A program made the position numbers and the translations under genes. Source: Candidatus Pelethousia sp. (GTDB lineage Bacteria > Bacillota > Clostridia > Christensenellales > CAG-138). Taken from it: a stretch of 64,000 bases of DNA. Under the pieces are notes generated by a model. It did no database searches. It saw nothing but the letters and a program-made list of their open reading frames with translations, and had not been told where the DNA came from. Below, piece after piece: positions 46,236 through 56,583 of the stretch (its first letter is position 1; each line of letters opens with the position of its first letter). The DNA lies in the NCBI GenBank assembly GCA_034933245.1, contig JAYFNX010000015.1, positions 6,127-70,126 of the forward strand. The letters are read 5' to 3'.

Positions 46236-47840
46236 ATGCAGCTTACTGTACGCGAAGCAATGAAGTTAAAGCCCTTATGCAACGGCGAGGTCATAGCCGG
46301 CATCAGCGGACTGGACCGGGTGATTGGCTGCGTATCCGCCATGGAGGTATTGGATTTTACCGAATTTCTGGAACCAGACATGCTTGCGATTTCCAGTCTG
46401 TATGCCATTGCCAACGATTTTGACAGCCAGCTTTCCTTTGTGCGCATGATGAACGATTATCACGCAAGCGCGCTGATGCTGTTCAACGTTGGGCCTGTTA
46501 TGCCCTACATATCCCAGGATTTGATTGCGCTGTGCGACGAGCTGGCGTTTCCGCTCATCAATATGCCGCCGCATATTTCCTATTATGATGTGTTCAAGGC
46601 CGTCCTTGACCAGTTGCTGGAGCGCCAGGTGCACAAGCTGCAGGATTCCATCCAGCTTTACGAAGCCTATATGAACCAGTTGCTGGATGTGGACGAACAC
46701 TATTCCTCGCTGCTTGATACACTGAGCGAGACGGTAGGCAGCAATGTTCTTTTTTTCGACCACAACCAGAAATTCGTTTACCATACCCGGCCGGACGCGC
46801 AGACCCCTTCCGCGCAAACGATACAGCTTATTCAAGGCCATCTGGTTGGATTGATCGACCGGCCCAAGGACATGCTGTTTGTGGAGATCGCAGGCGTTTC
46901 TTACCTGTTTATGCCGGTTAGCCATAAATACACCTACTATGGCGCCCTGGTTATTGAAAATATTGAAAATCCCATGTCCGATCTGGCCAAGCTGGCCATA
47001 TCCCAAACCTGCCGGGCATTGTGCATCACCATATTCAACAGCGAGCGCCAGGATGAATATCGCAAGCGTATGCGCCGCGAGTATCTGCGCGATATACTCA
47101 CCGGCAATTTCGGCGACAAAGGGCTGATTATATCCCAAGGGCAGGCGCTGGATTTCAACATCACCGATGTGACGGGCGTGCTCGTTATTCACCCCGCCAA
47201 AACAGGCGCCCATGAGGAGACGGAGGATTTGTTGAAAAGCTGCGCCGTGTACGCCGAGCGCCTTACGGGCGATAGCATCATCACCATCCTGGGAGATGCC
47301 GGCGATGTGGTTATCCTTTCCACCAATAAAAACAGGCAGGATCTCCTGCAGGCGGGCAAGGGCTTGGCCGCGCTGCTGGAAAGCAGCGAGATACAGGCGA
47401 CCGTGGGCATCGGCCCCGTTTGTGAGGATGTGCAGATGATCCCCGATTGCTATAAAAAGGCGCAGAACGCCATGCGCATTTCGGACAAGTTGTTCTGCCA
47501 TCCGCATCACATAGTAGCCTGCTATGACGATCTGAAGGTTTTTGATCTGCTGCTGGAAAGCGTGGAACGCCAGAAGGCCAAAACGATTGTGGACGAGCTG
47601 TTCCGGCCTGTGGATACATATGACAGCACCTACAACGGCCAGTTGGCGGATACTTTTTTCGCTTTGCTTGTCAACAGCGTATCCACTTCGCAGGTATCGC
47701 AGGAGATGTATCTGCATAAAAACACGGTGCTGCAGCGAAAAAATAAGATCGCCGGCTTTTACAGCGACGATCCTTTTTCCAGCTCCAACCGTCTTCGGTT
47801 TGAACTGGGATATATCCTAAAAAAAATATTTGACCTATAG
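46236..47840 (+). CDS. PucR/CdaR-family transcriptional regulator
   Basis: N-terminal PucR domain (VIAG.SGLDR.I..V..ME), GIG..., YD..YNG.L.DT, C-terminal HTH MYLHKNTV.QR..KI. Confidence 0.9.
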   Translation: MQLTVREAMKLKPLCNGEVIAGISGLDRVIGCVSAMEVLDFTEFLEPDMLAISSLYAIANDFDSQLSFVRMMNDYHASALMLFNVGPVMPYISQDLIALCDELAFPLINMPPHISYYDVFKAVLDQLLERQVHKLQDSIQLYEAYMNQLLDVDEHYSSLLDTLSETVGSNVLFFDHNQKFVYHTRPDAQTPSAQTIQLIQGHLVGLIDRPKDMLFVEIAGVSYLFMPVSHKYTYYGALVIENIENPMSDLAKLAISQTCRALCITIFNSERQDEYRKRMRREYLRDILTGNFGDKGLIISQGQALDFNITDVTGVLVIHPAKTGAHEETEDLLKSCAVYAERLTGDSIITILGDAGDVVILSTNKNRQDLLQAGKGLAALLESSEIQATVGIGPVCEDVQMIPDCYKKAQNAMRISDKLFCHPHHIVACYDDLKVFDLLLESVERQKAKTIVDELFRPVDTYDSTYNGQLADTFFALLVNSVSTSQVSQEMYLHKNTVLQRKNKIAGFYSDDPFSSSNRLRFELGYILKKIFDL

Positions 47841-47959
47841 GCGCGCAAAAACCGCCCGGTATTTTTCCGAATGTGTCGTTTTGAGCCCGTTGCATCCCCG
47901 TTGCAACCGCTCGGTGTTGTAATGAGGCCGGTCAGGGCAAGGGAATCCCCGTCCTGCGG

Positions 47960-49234
47960 CTATTCTCTTGCCATGATGGTTACCATGGTGGTAAATACCG
48001 TATCCGTATAGTGCATGCTAAGATCATCCCCATCATGGGTTAGGATTCTGCGCAGGCTGACCAAGCCCAAACCGCCATCTTTTTTCCGGGAGAGCAGACG
48101 CTCTCCTTTTTTGCTTACCACCCCGTCAAAGGAATTTTCCATCAGCAACATCAAACGGTCTACCGTGAAGCGAGCGGTGATATCTATGAATCTGTTATCA
48201 TAAATGCGATCACAAGCTTCCATCGCGTTTTGCATCATGTTGCCGATTACCACACATAAGGTGAGATCGTCTATGGGGATGGTCTGGCGAATATCCAAAT
48301 CCACACGCAGCGTAATGCCGCGTTTTTCACACAGCACCCGTATGCGGTTCATGATCTCGTTGATGGCCTGGTTTTCGCACATGGTAATGACGGATACGTC
48401 GTATCGCTTTACAAGCTGCCCAAGGTATCGGTCCACTTCGGTCTTGTCCTGCATGCCCAGAACCGCCTGCACATGCAAGGTAAAATCATGCCGCAGGACA
48501 CGCATGTTGTCTATGCTCTCTAAAAGCTGGGTGTAGTGCTGGCGCTGTTCCGTTACAAGCTGTTTTGCAAAATGCAATTCATCCTCGGCATGATGTCTTT
48601 CGGATATATCCACCAGATTTTTCAGGAGCAATACGTATACGACCGCCGTGGTCATCATGAACAGCAGATAAAACGTGGCATTGGAATCCGCCTTTACCAT
48701 ATAATTGGAAGGGCGAAGGCCTATTAGAAAAACAATCAGGATGATTGCGGGATAAATTAGCAGAAGCGGAGGGAGATTATCCTCCAAAGCCGAAAACAGG
48801 CGCTCCAACGTATCTTGCAAAAACGTACGCAGCACGATGAAAAATCCTACCAACAGGAACAGATAGACCAATACGCAAATTTCATGCTGCCGCACAACAT
48901 CCTGCGGGCTCAGCAGCATGGAGAAGACGGTGGAAAACGTAAAGAATACGATGGAAAACATCCACCCGGAAAGGTATATAAACAGTTTTTTTGCGAGAGA
49001 GCCCTCAAAAAGCGGCGCCAGAATCAAGAATATTAGGATGGCGAACACATGGTTCACAAGCTCCTCATTAAGCCCATAACTTTGCACCCCAACCATGATG
49101 AGCCAAATATACACAAAGAGCGCGCCCACCAGTTCCACGCTGCCCCGGCGGATCTTCAAGCACAGGCATAATAAAAGAGCCCGTACGATAAGGTTGAACA
49201 AGGTAAGACATAATTCACAGGCGGCAATACTCAT
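47960..49234 (-). CDS. GHKL (AgrC/VirS-type) membrane histidine kinase
   Basis: About 6 TM helices, LRHD, GN.MQNAMEA, GGLGLVS. Confidence 0.88.
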   Translation of the reverse strand: MSIAACELCLTLFNLIVRALLLCLCLKIRRGSVELVGALFVYIWLIMVGVQSYGLNEELVNHVFAILIFLILAPLFEGSLAKKLFIYLSGWMFSIVFFTFSTVFSMLLSPQDVVRQHEICVLVYLFLLVGFFIVLRTFLQDTLERLFSALEDNLPPLLLIYPAIILIVFLIGLRPSNYMVKADSNATFYLLFMMTTAVVYVLLLKNLVDISERHHAEDELHFAKQLVTEQRQHYTQLLESIDNMRVLRHDFTLHVQAVLGMQDKTEVDRYLGQLVKRYDVSVITMCENQAINEIMNRIRVLCEKRGITLRVDLDIRQTIPIDDLTLCVVIGNMMQNAMEACDRIYDNRFIDITARFTVDRLMLLMENSFDGVVSKKGERLLSRKKDGGLGLVSLRRILTHDGDDLSMHYTDTVFTTMVTIMARE

Positions 49235-49237
49235 CTA

Positions 49238-49963
49238 TCAGCTCCTGGTGATGCGGTTCTTATAAAATGCAGCCTTGCTTTGGGCGAGTACGCTGCGGGA
49301 GAGCGGCACCCTGCATCCATTTCGCATGATGAAAAAGCTGCCGTCAAGTTCTACAACCATGTCCAAATTTACGAGGTAGCTTTTGTGGCACTGGCAGAAC
49401 CCGCCGAAAGATTCCAGTTTCTCCATAAAGCACCCCAGTTTCTGATATATGAGGATATCCTGGCCATTGGCAAGGTGGATGAGGGTGTTGTGCAGCCGGC
49501 CTTCCGCATAGGAAATCTGTTGTACGGGGATCTCTATCGGGATTCTGTCTACCATTACGGTAATGGTGCGCTGGTCGGGGATGTATTGGGAAAGCGCTCT
49601 ATCCAATGCGGCAAAAAGCTTGGCTTTATCATAAGGTTTTACAATGTATCCGGAAGCGCTTACGCTATATCCGCTCACCGCAAATTCCATAGAGGCGGTT
49701 ATGAATATAATGCCGGCCTTCCGGTCTTTCTCCCTCAGCTTTTCCGCAAGCGCGATGCCCGTCATATGCGGCATCACCACATCCAGCAGATACAGGTCGA
49801 ATGCGCCTGCTTCCAATAATTCGGCAGGGGAATCGAAGGCCGCAAGCTCCAGCTTCAGCCCTTTTTGTAAAAAGTATCCTTCTATATCGTCTCTTAAAAT
49901 TGCCAGGTCATTCGGCGTATCATCGCACAGCGCAACGGAAAGAGACAAATCAGCACCATCCAT
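49238..49963 (-). CDS. LytTR-family response regulator
   Basis: ALCDD, LLDVVMP..TG, FIT, YIVKP, F.QCHKSYLVNL, PLSR; alternative start TTG49948. Confidence 0.9.
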   Translation of the reverse strand: MDGADLSLSVALCDDTPNDLAILRDDIEGYFLQKGLKLELAAFDSPAELLEAGAFDLYLLDVVMPHMTGIALAEKLREKDRKAGIIFITASMEFAVSGYSVSASGYIVKPYDKAKLFAALDRALSQYIPDQRTITVMVDRIPIEIPVQQISYAEGRLHNTLIHLANGQDILIYQKLGCFMEKLESFGGFCQCHKSYLVNLDMVVELDGSFFIMRNGCRVPLSRSVLAQSKAAFYKNRITRS

Positions 49964-50194
49964 AAGAATACTATAGGGCAAAAGCCGCATCTTTGCCAGT
50001 GGCAATCCCCTCCAAGCGGCATATTTTAGCGCATAGCGGCATTATTTACACTTTCAATGGCGCCGGGCTTCCCGGTATAATTGTTATATAAGGTTCAATC
50101 ATTCTGTGAATTTATTAGCATCTGTAATCCTATATTCTATTTTTTGCACGTGCGGACGTGTTATTATAATTACTATATTTAGGAGGGACATCAC

Positions 50195-51649
50195 ATGCAA
50201 ACCAACGTGCTCGTGACGGTTATTGTTGCGATCTATCTGCTGATCATGCTCTTCATCGGCTGGTACTCTTCCAAAAAGATCACTTCCAATACCGATTTCA
50301 TGGTGGCAGGCCGCCGTTTGGGGCCCCTGCTTATGGCCGGTACCCTGGCGGCCACGGAAATAGGCGGAGGAAGTTCTTTGGGCGTGGTGCAGCAGGGCAT
50401 GCAAAATCACGGAATTAGCGCCGCATGGTACATCATTACCATGGGTCTCGCCTTCGTGATCCTCACCTTCATCGCTCCCAAGCTTCGTGCGGCCAGCGTA
50501 AAGACCGTACCGGAATTCTTCCGCAGGCGTTATGGCAAGAGCGCGGGAATCATCACCGCCATCATCATGCTCCTCCCTCTCATCGGCCTTACCGCCGGTC
50601 AATTCATCGCCTCCTCCGTTATCCTCTCCGTTATGCTCAACATTGACTATCAGGTGGCGGTTATCGTAGTTGCGGTGGTGGTTACCATTTATTCCGTCAT
50701 GGGTGGGCTTTGGAGCGTTACCCTTACGGACTTCGTGCAGGTATTCCTGATCGTAGTCGGCATGATCATCGCCGTGCCTTTTGCCATCAGGCTTGCCGGC
50801 GGTTGGGAAAGCGTTGTGGCGAATGTTCCCGTTGAAACCTTCGATATGTTCAAGGGGTATTCCCTGGGCGCCGTAATTTCCCTGACCGTCATGTATGTAG
50901 CCACCTTTACCGTAGGACAGGAAGCCGTATCCAGATATTATGCGGCGCGGGATGGAAAAGCCGCAAGACAGGGCTCTCTTCTGGCCGCCCTCGTGAACTT
51001 CATCTATGCTTTCATTCCCGCCATTTTGGGGATCATCACCCTGGCCCTCATCAACATGGGCTCTTTCTCCGCCGATCTGTTTGCAGATGTAGGCGCCCGT
51101 TATGCCCTGCCGGTGCTGGCTATCAACGCTATGCCCGCCATCATTTGCGGCCTGCTATTTGCGGGCATCATCTCCGCCACCATGTCCAGCGCGGACTCCG
51201 ATCTGCTTGGCGCGGGCTCCATATTTGCCAACGATATCTACAGAACCGTGATAAAGCCCGAAGCTTCCAGCAAGGAAGTTATGAACGTTACCAAGATCAC
51301 CATGATTATCGTAGGCATCGCTTCCATGCTGGTGGCTCTGTTCAACACATCCAGCATCGTCACGCTGCTGATGTTCTCCTTTACCTTGCGGGCAGCGGGC
51401 GCATTCTTCCCCTATGTGCTGGGGCACTATTGGCCCAAGGCTTCTCTTGCGGGAACCATCGCTTCCCTTATTTCGGGCAGTGTGATGGTGGTCTATCTGG
51501 AAAAGATCTCCACCAATGGCCTCTTTGGTTTGCCTGTTAGCCAGCCTATCATTCCCGGCCTTGTGATTGCCCTGATATTCTTCGTGGCCTTCTCCTATCT
51601 CATGCCTCCCGCCAAGGAGACCTGCGAACTTGCCGCGGAAGAGGATTAA
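50195..51649 (+). CDS. sodium:solute symporter family protein
   Basis: DFMVAGRRL, ATEIGG, TVPEF..RYG, GGLWSV..TDFVQ, SATMSSADS. Confidence 0.93.
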   Translation: MQTNVLVTVIVAIYLLIMLFIGWYSSKKITSNTDFMVAGRRLGPLLMAGTLAATEIGGGSSLGVVQQGMQNHGISAAWYIITMGLAFVILTFIAPKLRAASVKTVPEFFRRRYGKSAGIITAIIMLLPLIGLTAGQFIASSVILSVMLNIDYQVAVIVVAVVVTIYSVMGGLWSVTLTDFVQVFLIVVGMIIAVPFAIRLAGGWESVVANVPVETFDMFKGYSLGAVISLTVMYVATFTVGQEAVSRYYAARDGKAARQGSLLAALVNFIYAFIPAILGIITLALINMGSFSADLFADVGARYALPVLAINAMPAIICGLLFAGIISATMSSADSDLLGAGSIFANDIYRTVIKPEASSKEVMNVTKITMIIVGIASMLVALFNTSSIVTLLMFSFTLRAAGAFFPYVLGHYWPKASLAGTIASLISGSVMVVYLEKISTNGLFGLPVSQPIIPGLVIALIFFVAFSYLMPPAKETCELAAEED

Positions 51650-51765
51650 CCTGTCTGAGCTTCTTATCCGGCTTTCCGCCCCTCCTTGCATGTAGAATCA
51701 CAAGGGCGCGGGGTATTGTACGCAGATTCGTCCCGATGCCAAAGCAGAATAGCATGGCAAGCAAC

Positions 51766-51799
51766 TGTGCGCAGCATCAGGAAAAAGATGCTGCGCACA
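51766..51799. terminator. hairpin downstream of the symporter
   Basis: TGTGCGCAGCATC / GATGCTGCGCACA. Confidence 0.55.
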
Positions 51800-52107
51800 A
51801 CTATTATATGCATGTCAGTCTAACGTATCAACGCGCCCCCCGTCGCCAGGTTAATGTCTCCCGCTCCGTCCGTGGCCGCTTCCTTCATGGGGGCCGCCGT
51901 AAAGTCTCCAATCGACAAGGTTGTATTCCACGCCGCTCAATTTTATAATATACATATGCTTGTTAAACAGCAGGCTTGTACAGCCGTATTTTGTCTTGCG
52001 CGCAAGCATCGCGTATTTTTACCATGCGATTGGCGGGTATGAAAATCCGCCTCTCGAAAGGCATTGCGATAAAGAGGGTCGTTGCTATCAAGAAGCGGGA
52101 GGCATAT

Positions 52108-52800
52108 ATGCAAAACATACAGGAGAAAATTCAGTCCAGACTTTTTGGCCTGCAGGATCTGGAATATAAACAATTTAGTTGCAAGCTAATGCCAACGGTC
52201 CCTGCGGATACGGTGCTCGGCGTCCGTACGCCCGCTTTGCGCAAACTGGCAAAAGAACTTTCCGCAGAACCGGAGATAAGCACCTTTCTGACGAGTCTCC
52301 CCCATGCATATTATGAAGAAAATAATCTGCATGGCTTTCTGCTTGAAAGGATGCAAGATTATGATGCTGTAATTGCCGGGTTGGAAGCATTTCTCCCGTA
52401 TATTGACAATTGGGCCACCTGCGATTTAATTTCTCCAAAAATTTTTAAAAAGCATTTGCCGGAACTTTATACGCGCATTAAGGGCTGGTTACGATCCGGC
52501 GAAACCTATACGGTTCGTTTTGGCATAGAGATGCTCCTGAGCTTTTACCTTGGCGATGCATTTTGCCCCGAGATATTGGAGCTTGTAGCGGGCGTCCGTT
52601 CCGAGGAATACTATGTAAACATGATGATCGCCTGGTTTTTCGCAACCGCTCTGGCCAAGCAATATGACGCCACGATGCCCTTCTTGCAGGCCAAGTGCCT
52701 AGAAAAATGGGTGCACAACAAGGCAATTCAGAAAGCCATTGAAAGTTCCCGCATCAGCAAGGAGACAAAAGTCTATTTGCGAACCCTGAAGATTAAATAA
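52108..52800 (+). CDS. DNA alkylation repair protein (AlkD-like)
   Basis: LGVRTPALRKLAK, LPH.YYEE, IDNWATCD, YYVNMM.AWFFATALAKQ, KAIES; start MQNIQ after RBS GGGAGG. Confidence 0.88.
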   Translation: MQNIQEKIQSRLFGLQDLEYKQFSCKLMPTVPADTVLGVRTPALRKLAKELSAEPEISTFLTSLPHAYYEENNLHGFLLERMQDYDAVIAGLEAFLPYIDNWATCDLISPKIFKKHLPELYTRIKGWLRSGETYTVRFGIEMLLSFYLGDAFCPEILELVAGVRSEEYYVNMMIAWFFATALAKQYDATMPFLQAKCLEKWVHNKAIQKAIESSRISKETKVYLRTLKIK

Positions 52801-53038
52801 ATTAGCTTACCCCAAAGATCCGGCATACTTTCTGCACGGCAAATGCATAGGACACGCTTCACGGCTGGGGTTTCAGAACGGAAGCTTCTATGTTTTTCGA
52901 GGGCATCCTGCGTGGGGCTCATAAGCCGCCTTGTTTGGTTCTACGCTTTGCGCCAAGAAATGCGGCGGCGTTGTCCATGGCATATGCCGGTTGCTTTGCT
53001 GGGATAAAACAAGCGCCCTGTTGCAGAAAACAACGAAG

Positions 53039-53064
53039 AAGGACAGTTTACTCTGTCCTTTTTT
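53039..53064 (+). terminator. intrinsic terminator
   Basis: AAGGACAG / CTGTCCTT followed by a T-tract. Confidence 0.7.
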
Positions 53065-53266
53065 ATTTTCGGATTCGCCGCCTGTACTTCTCTCCCGTTG
53101 TGCCGGCGGGGCCGTAACAGCACACGCAGCACGGCCATACTATAATAGCCCAGCAGATCTTGCTGCGATACGCCTTATGGTCTTTGCATGCATCGCCTTG
53201 CTTTCACCAGCGCGACGTTCCGCGTGGAAACGTAAGCCCAATTGGTTTTTTATCTACCTGTAAATG

Positions 53267-53295
53267 GTATAGGCACGACTAATTTGGGCAGGATA
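53267..53295 (+). promoter_or_regulatory. forespore sigma-F/G-type promoter of the ger operon
   Basis: GTATA-15-GGCAGGATA. Confidence 0.55.
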
Positions 53296-53341
53296 GAAGA
53301 AGAATTACGCCGGCTATAAATCAGCATGAAAAGGTGCTTCC

Positions 53342-54928
53342 ATGTTTAAAAGATCCGTCCCCTCGCATACGCAGCAGAATCATAACCAGCAGTCCTTTTC
53401 CTCTTCCCTGCAGGAGAATATCGCTTTGCTCAAATCCGTTTTGCACGATGACGAGATGATCGTATACCGTGATTTTACGAAGCAAGGGGAAAAAAAGCCT
53501 TGCTATTGCCTTGTCTTTTCCGCGCCTGTTTCTTCGGACAAGACTATTAACAGTAGGATTGTCCACCCCATTATTAGCAAGCTTTTAGGCGGCTGCGGCT
53601 CCGGCGCAGACGCCGGCAAGGCCACGGTGCGGCCGTCCATCAAGAAGCTTTTGGGAAAGCATGCGAATGGATCGGATCTCATCGACTATGTGATAAATCA
53701 GGTAATTGAAGTCCGGGATATAAAAAAAGAGAACAACATAGAGGAAGCGGTTAAGTCTCTGCTTTGCGGCGATACGCTTTTTCTCCTGGAAGGCTCCAGC
53801 GAAATATTGATCATCGGAACCAGGGAATGGATGCTCCGCTCCATCACGGAGCCGGAATCCGAAGCGGTTGTCCGGGGACCCAGAGAGGGTTTCAATGAGT
53901 CTCTCAACACGAATATTTCTTTATTGACAAGGAGAATCGTTAATCCAAACCTGAAGTTTAAATATATGGAGTTGGGGGATATAACCAAAACGCGAATCTG
54001 CATCAGTTATATAGAAGGAATAGCCAGCGAAAAGATCATTCGGGAGGTCGAAAAAAGGTTAAACGGAATTCAATCGGACGGCATTTTGGATTCCGGCTAT
54101 ATTCAGGAGTTGATTAAAGACGCGCCTTATTCCGTTTTTCAAACCATCGGCAATACGGAAAGGCCGGATGTGGTTGCAGCCAAGCTCCTGGAAGGCCGTG
54201 TGGCTATCCTATGCGATGGCTCTCCGAGCGCGCTTACGGTCCCCTTCCTCTTTATCGAATATTTTCTAACCAACGAGGATTATTACGCGGACTACATTTT
54301 CGCTTCCATTAATAGAATACTCAGATTTGTTTGCTATTTTTTCACCATCAGCATTCCTGCAATCTATGTGGCCATCGTTTCTTTCCATCAGGAATTGCTT
54401 CCAACCCCCTTGTTGCTGAGCATCGCGATAGCAAGGCACAGCGTCCCGTTTCCTTCCGTCGTTGAACTGATTGTCATGCTGCTAGGCTTTGAAGTGATGC
54501 GGGAGGCAGGGGTCAGGCTGCCCTCCATGGTAGGCATGACGATTAGCATCGTGGGCGCCTTGGTATTAGGGCAGGCTGCCGTCAGCGCAAAAATCATTAG
54601 CGCCCCCATCGTTATCATAACGGCCTTCACAGGAATCTGCTCCTTCGTCATTTTTCGTTTAAAAGGCCCGGTCATTGTTACCAGAATTTACTTTCTGATA
54701 GCGGCTTCGTTTTTAGGGCTGGTTGGCTATATGCTAGGCATTATCACCTTGTTCCTTTATCTGGTTTCCGTTCGTTCCTTTGGCGTGCCCTATATGCTCA
54801 ATGCGTCCCTCATTGACGTAAACTCCATTCAGGATACGGCAATACGGGCGCCTTTATGGTTTATGACAAAGCGGCCCCGGTTTGCCATAAACCATAAAAA
54901 GGGAAACGCGGCTAGGCGAACAAAATGA
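53342..54928 (+). CDS. spore germinant receptor A subunit (GerKA/GerAA family)
   Basis: RSITEP.SE.VVRGPREGF.E, TERPD, LLEGRVA, DGSP, REAGVRLP, IVGALVLGQAAV, SFGVPY. Confidence 0.95.
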   Translation: MFKRSVPSHTQQNHNQQSFSSSLQENIALLKSVLHDDEMIVYRDFTKQGEKKPCYCLVFSAPVSSDKTINSRIVHPIISKLLGGCGSGADAGKATVRPSIKKLLGKHANGSDLIDYVINQVIEVRDIKKENNIEEAVKSLLCGDTLFLLEGSSEILIIGTREWMLRSITEPESEAVVRGPREGFNESLNTNISLLTRRIVNPNLKFKYMELGDITKTRICISYIEGIASEKIIREVEKRLNGIQSDGILDSGYIQELIKDAPYSVFQTIGNTERPDVVAAKLLEGRVAILCDGSPSALTVPFLFIEYFLTNEDYYADYIFASINRILRFVCYFFTISIPAIYVAIVSFHQELLPTPLLLSIAIARHSVPFPSVVELIVMLLGFEVMREAGVRLPSMVGMTISIVGALVLGQAAVSAKIISAPIVIITAFTGICSFVIFRLKGPVIVTRIYFLIAASFLGLVGYMLGIITLFLYLVSVRSFGVPYMLNASLIDVNSIQDTAIRAPLWFMTKRPRFAINHKKGNAARRTK

Positions 54929-56112
54929 AAAGGAAAAGTTTTATATTATTTATTATACTATCGTTCTTTTTATTTTCCGGCTGCTGGAATTACGACGATC
55001 TGGAAGATTTGGAGATCGTGCTGGGCGTGGCGATAGATAAGAACCTGGCAAGCGGCAATTATATTCTAACGGCGGAAATCGTAAACCAATATCAATCCGG
55101 GGGACAGAGCGAGGGGGAGGAGAGCGGAACTACCCGGCCCGGTTCAAGCTCCCTATGCGTGGAAACCACGGGCGCCACGATATTTGACGCTATGCGAAAC
55201 GCCATCAGTAAAACAGGAAAAAAGCTTTTTTGGGGGCATTGCAAAGGGATTATCATCAGCGAGGAAGCCGCTAAAGACGGCATCATCCCAATTCTGGACA
55301 TATTCTGGCGCGATGCTGAGGTTCGCCCGGATATCTGGATTATCATATCACACGGCGATGATGCGGGCGCTTTCCTCAAATTAAAAATTCGTTCCGGGGA
55401 ACTTGTTTCCGATTTCCTGAACAATACCATTCGAACGGATCGGGAGATATCAACCTTTGTCAAAAACGAAATGCTATCCTTTGTTGAAACGCTAAGCGTT
55501 AAAACATCTTCCGTCGTTGCACCTGCCGTTTATGCCGTATTGGAAAACGGGAACTTTATACCGGAGATAAAAGGCACCGCAGTTTTTAAAAAAGATGAGC
55601 TCAAATATTTTCTGGACGCAGAGGAGTCTAAAATCGCCTTATTGATACGAAACGAGCTAAAAGGCGGGTCCTTTGTTTTAGATCAAAGCAGTTCCGTGGA
55701 CGCAGAGCATGCTATGCGGATTTCCCTGGAAGTGTACGATAGTAAAGTAAAAATAAAGCCCGTTTTGCAAAATGATCGATTGATAATGGAGATAGCAGCA
55801 AATTTGGAGTTCAGCGTTTGCGAGCTGGGCGGAAGCGAGAACTATCTCGAAAAAGATCTGCGGGATATGCTGGCAAACCATATGACTGCCATGCTTGAAA
55901 GCAGGATTCTTGCCTTAGTCCAAAAAACGAAAGATTCCTATTCCACCGATATCTTTGGCTTTGATCAGGCCATAAAAAGCGCAATGCCGGATTACTGGAA
56001 AGCAAATCGAGAGGACTGGGATACCATCTACAAAGGCTTACAAATTATTCCAAAAGTAAAGGTAACCCTCGTGCTCTCCGCCAATACCTCCGACACGATT
56101 GCAATTAATTAG
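54925..56112 (+). CDS. spore germinant receptor C subunit (lipoprotein)
   Basis: Lipobox FSGCWNY, GVAIDK, TIFDA.RN, GTAVFK, DIFGF. Confidence 0.92.
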   Translation: MKRKSFILFIILSFFLFSGCWNYDDLEDLEIVLGVAIDKNLASGNYILTAEIVNQYQSGGQSEGEESGTTRPGSSSLCVETTGATIFDAMRNAISKTGKKLFWGHCKGIIISEEAAKDGIIPILDIFWRDAEVRPDIWIIISHGDDAGAFLKLKIRSGELVSDFLNNTIRTDREISTFVKNEMLSFVETLSVKTSSVVAPAVYAVLENGNFIPEIKGTAVFKKDELKYFLDAEESKIALLIRNELKGGSFVLDQSSSVDAEHAMRISLEVYDSKVKIKPVLQNDRLIMEIAANLEFSVCELGGSENYLEKDLRDMLANHMTAMLESRILALVQKTKDSYSTDIFGFDQAIKSAMPDYWKANREDWDTIYKGLQIIPKVKVTLVLSANTSDTIAIN

Positions 56113-56135
56113 CAAGCAGCACAAGGAGTTTATAT

Positions 56136-56345
56136 ATGTACATTTTTGTAATACTTGCCTATGTTTTTATTTCTTTGATAGAAATACCTTCTTTATATAA
56201 AGGAGGGTTCAGGAAAGAGGCCGTTTTTTTCTCCGCGTTAATGGCCTTTTCTTTCGTGATTAGCACGTTGCTGTTAGCGGGTGTTCATCTGCCAATACCG
56301 ATCGAAATAGTCGAAACAATCTTCTACGGTCTTGTTGCACAATAA
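56136..56345 (+). CDS. small 2-TM protein in the ger operon (putative D subunit)
   Basis: 69 aa, RBS AAGGAG, two hydrophobic helices, EIP.L...KE, P.P. Confidence 0.75.
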   Translation: MYIFVILAYVFISLIEIPSLYKGGFRKEAVFFSALMAFSFVISTLLLAGVHLPIPIEIVETIFYGLVAQ

Positions 56346-56583
56346 ACCAAGACGATGGAGGCGTTGCTATCCTGCATGCCAGGTATGCGGCGGCCAAATT
56401 TCAGCAACACGCTTTATGCGCGGATAAAACCAGTTATTTCCGGGAATTCTTGCTTATAGGGTTGCGCGCTCTTATGCGCTATGAAGTTTCGCCGTCTCGA
56501 AGGACGCAAACCGTTCACTTGGTGCGCGTTTGTTAAGCTGTAAGAAAGGGCGGATAAGTAAAAGAAATGATGTTAACGGCAGC

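Noticed and set aside
12613-47717. Other long antisense ORFs (e.g. 12613-13845, 18840-19922, 28830-30158, 31870-33375, 37949-39481, 40863-42422, 43007-44116, 46275-47717)
   Set aside because: All overlap well-supported genes on the opposite strand and show no protein-family motifs.
47960-49963. agr-type quorum-sensing locus
   Set aside because: No agrB or agrD-like ORF is adjacent; only the kinase and regulator pair is present.
51800-51960. 6S RNA
   Set aside because: No long closing stem pairing the 5' and 3' ends, and none of the conserved 6S sequence blocks I would expect.
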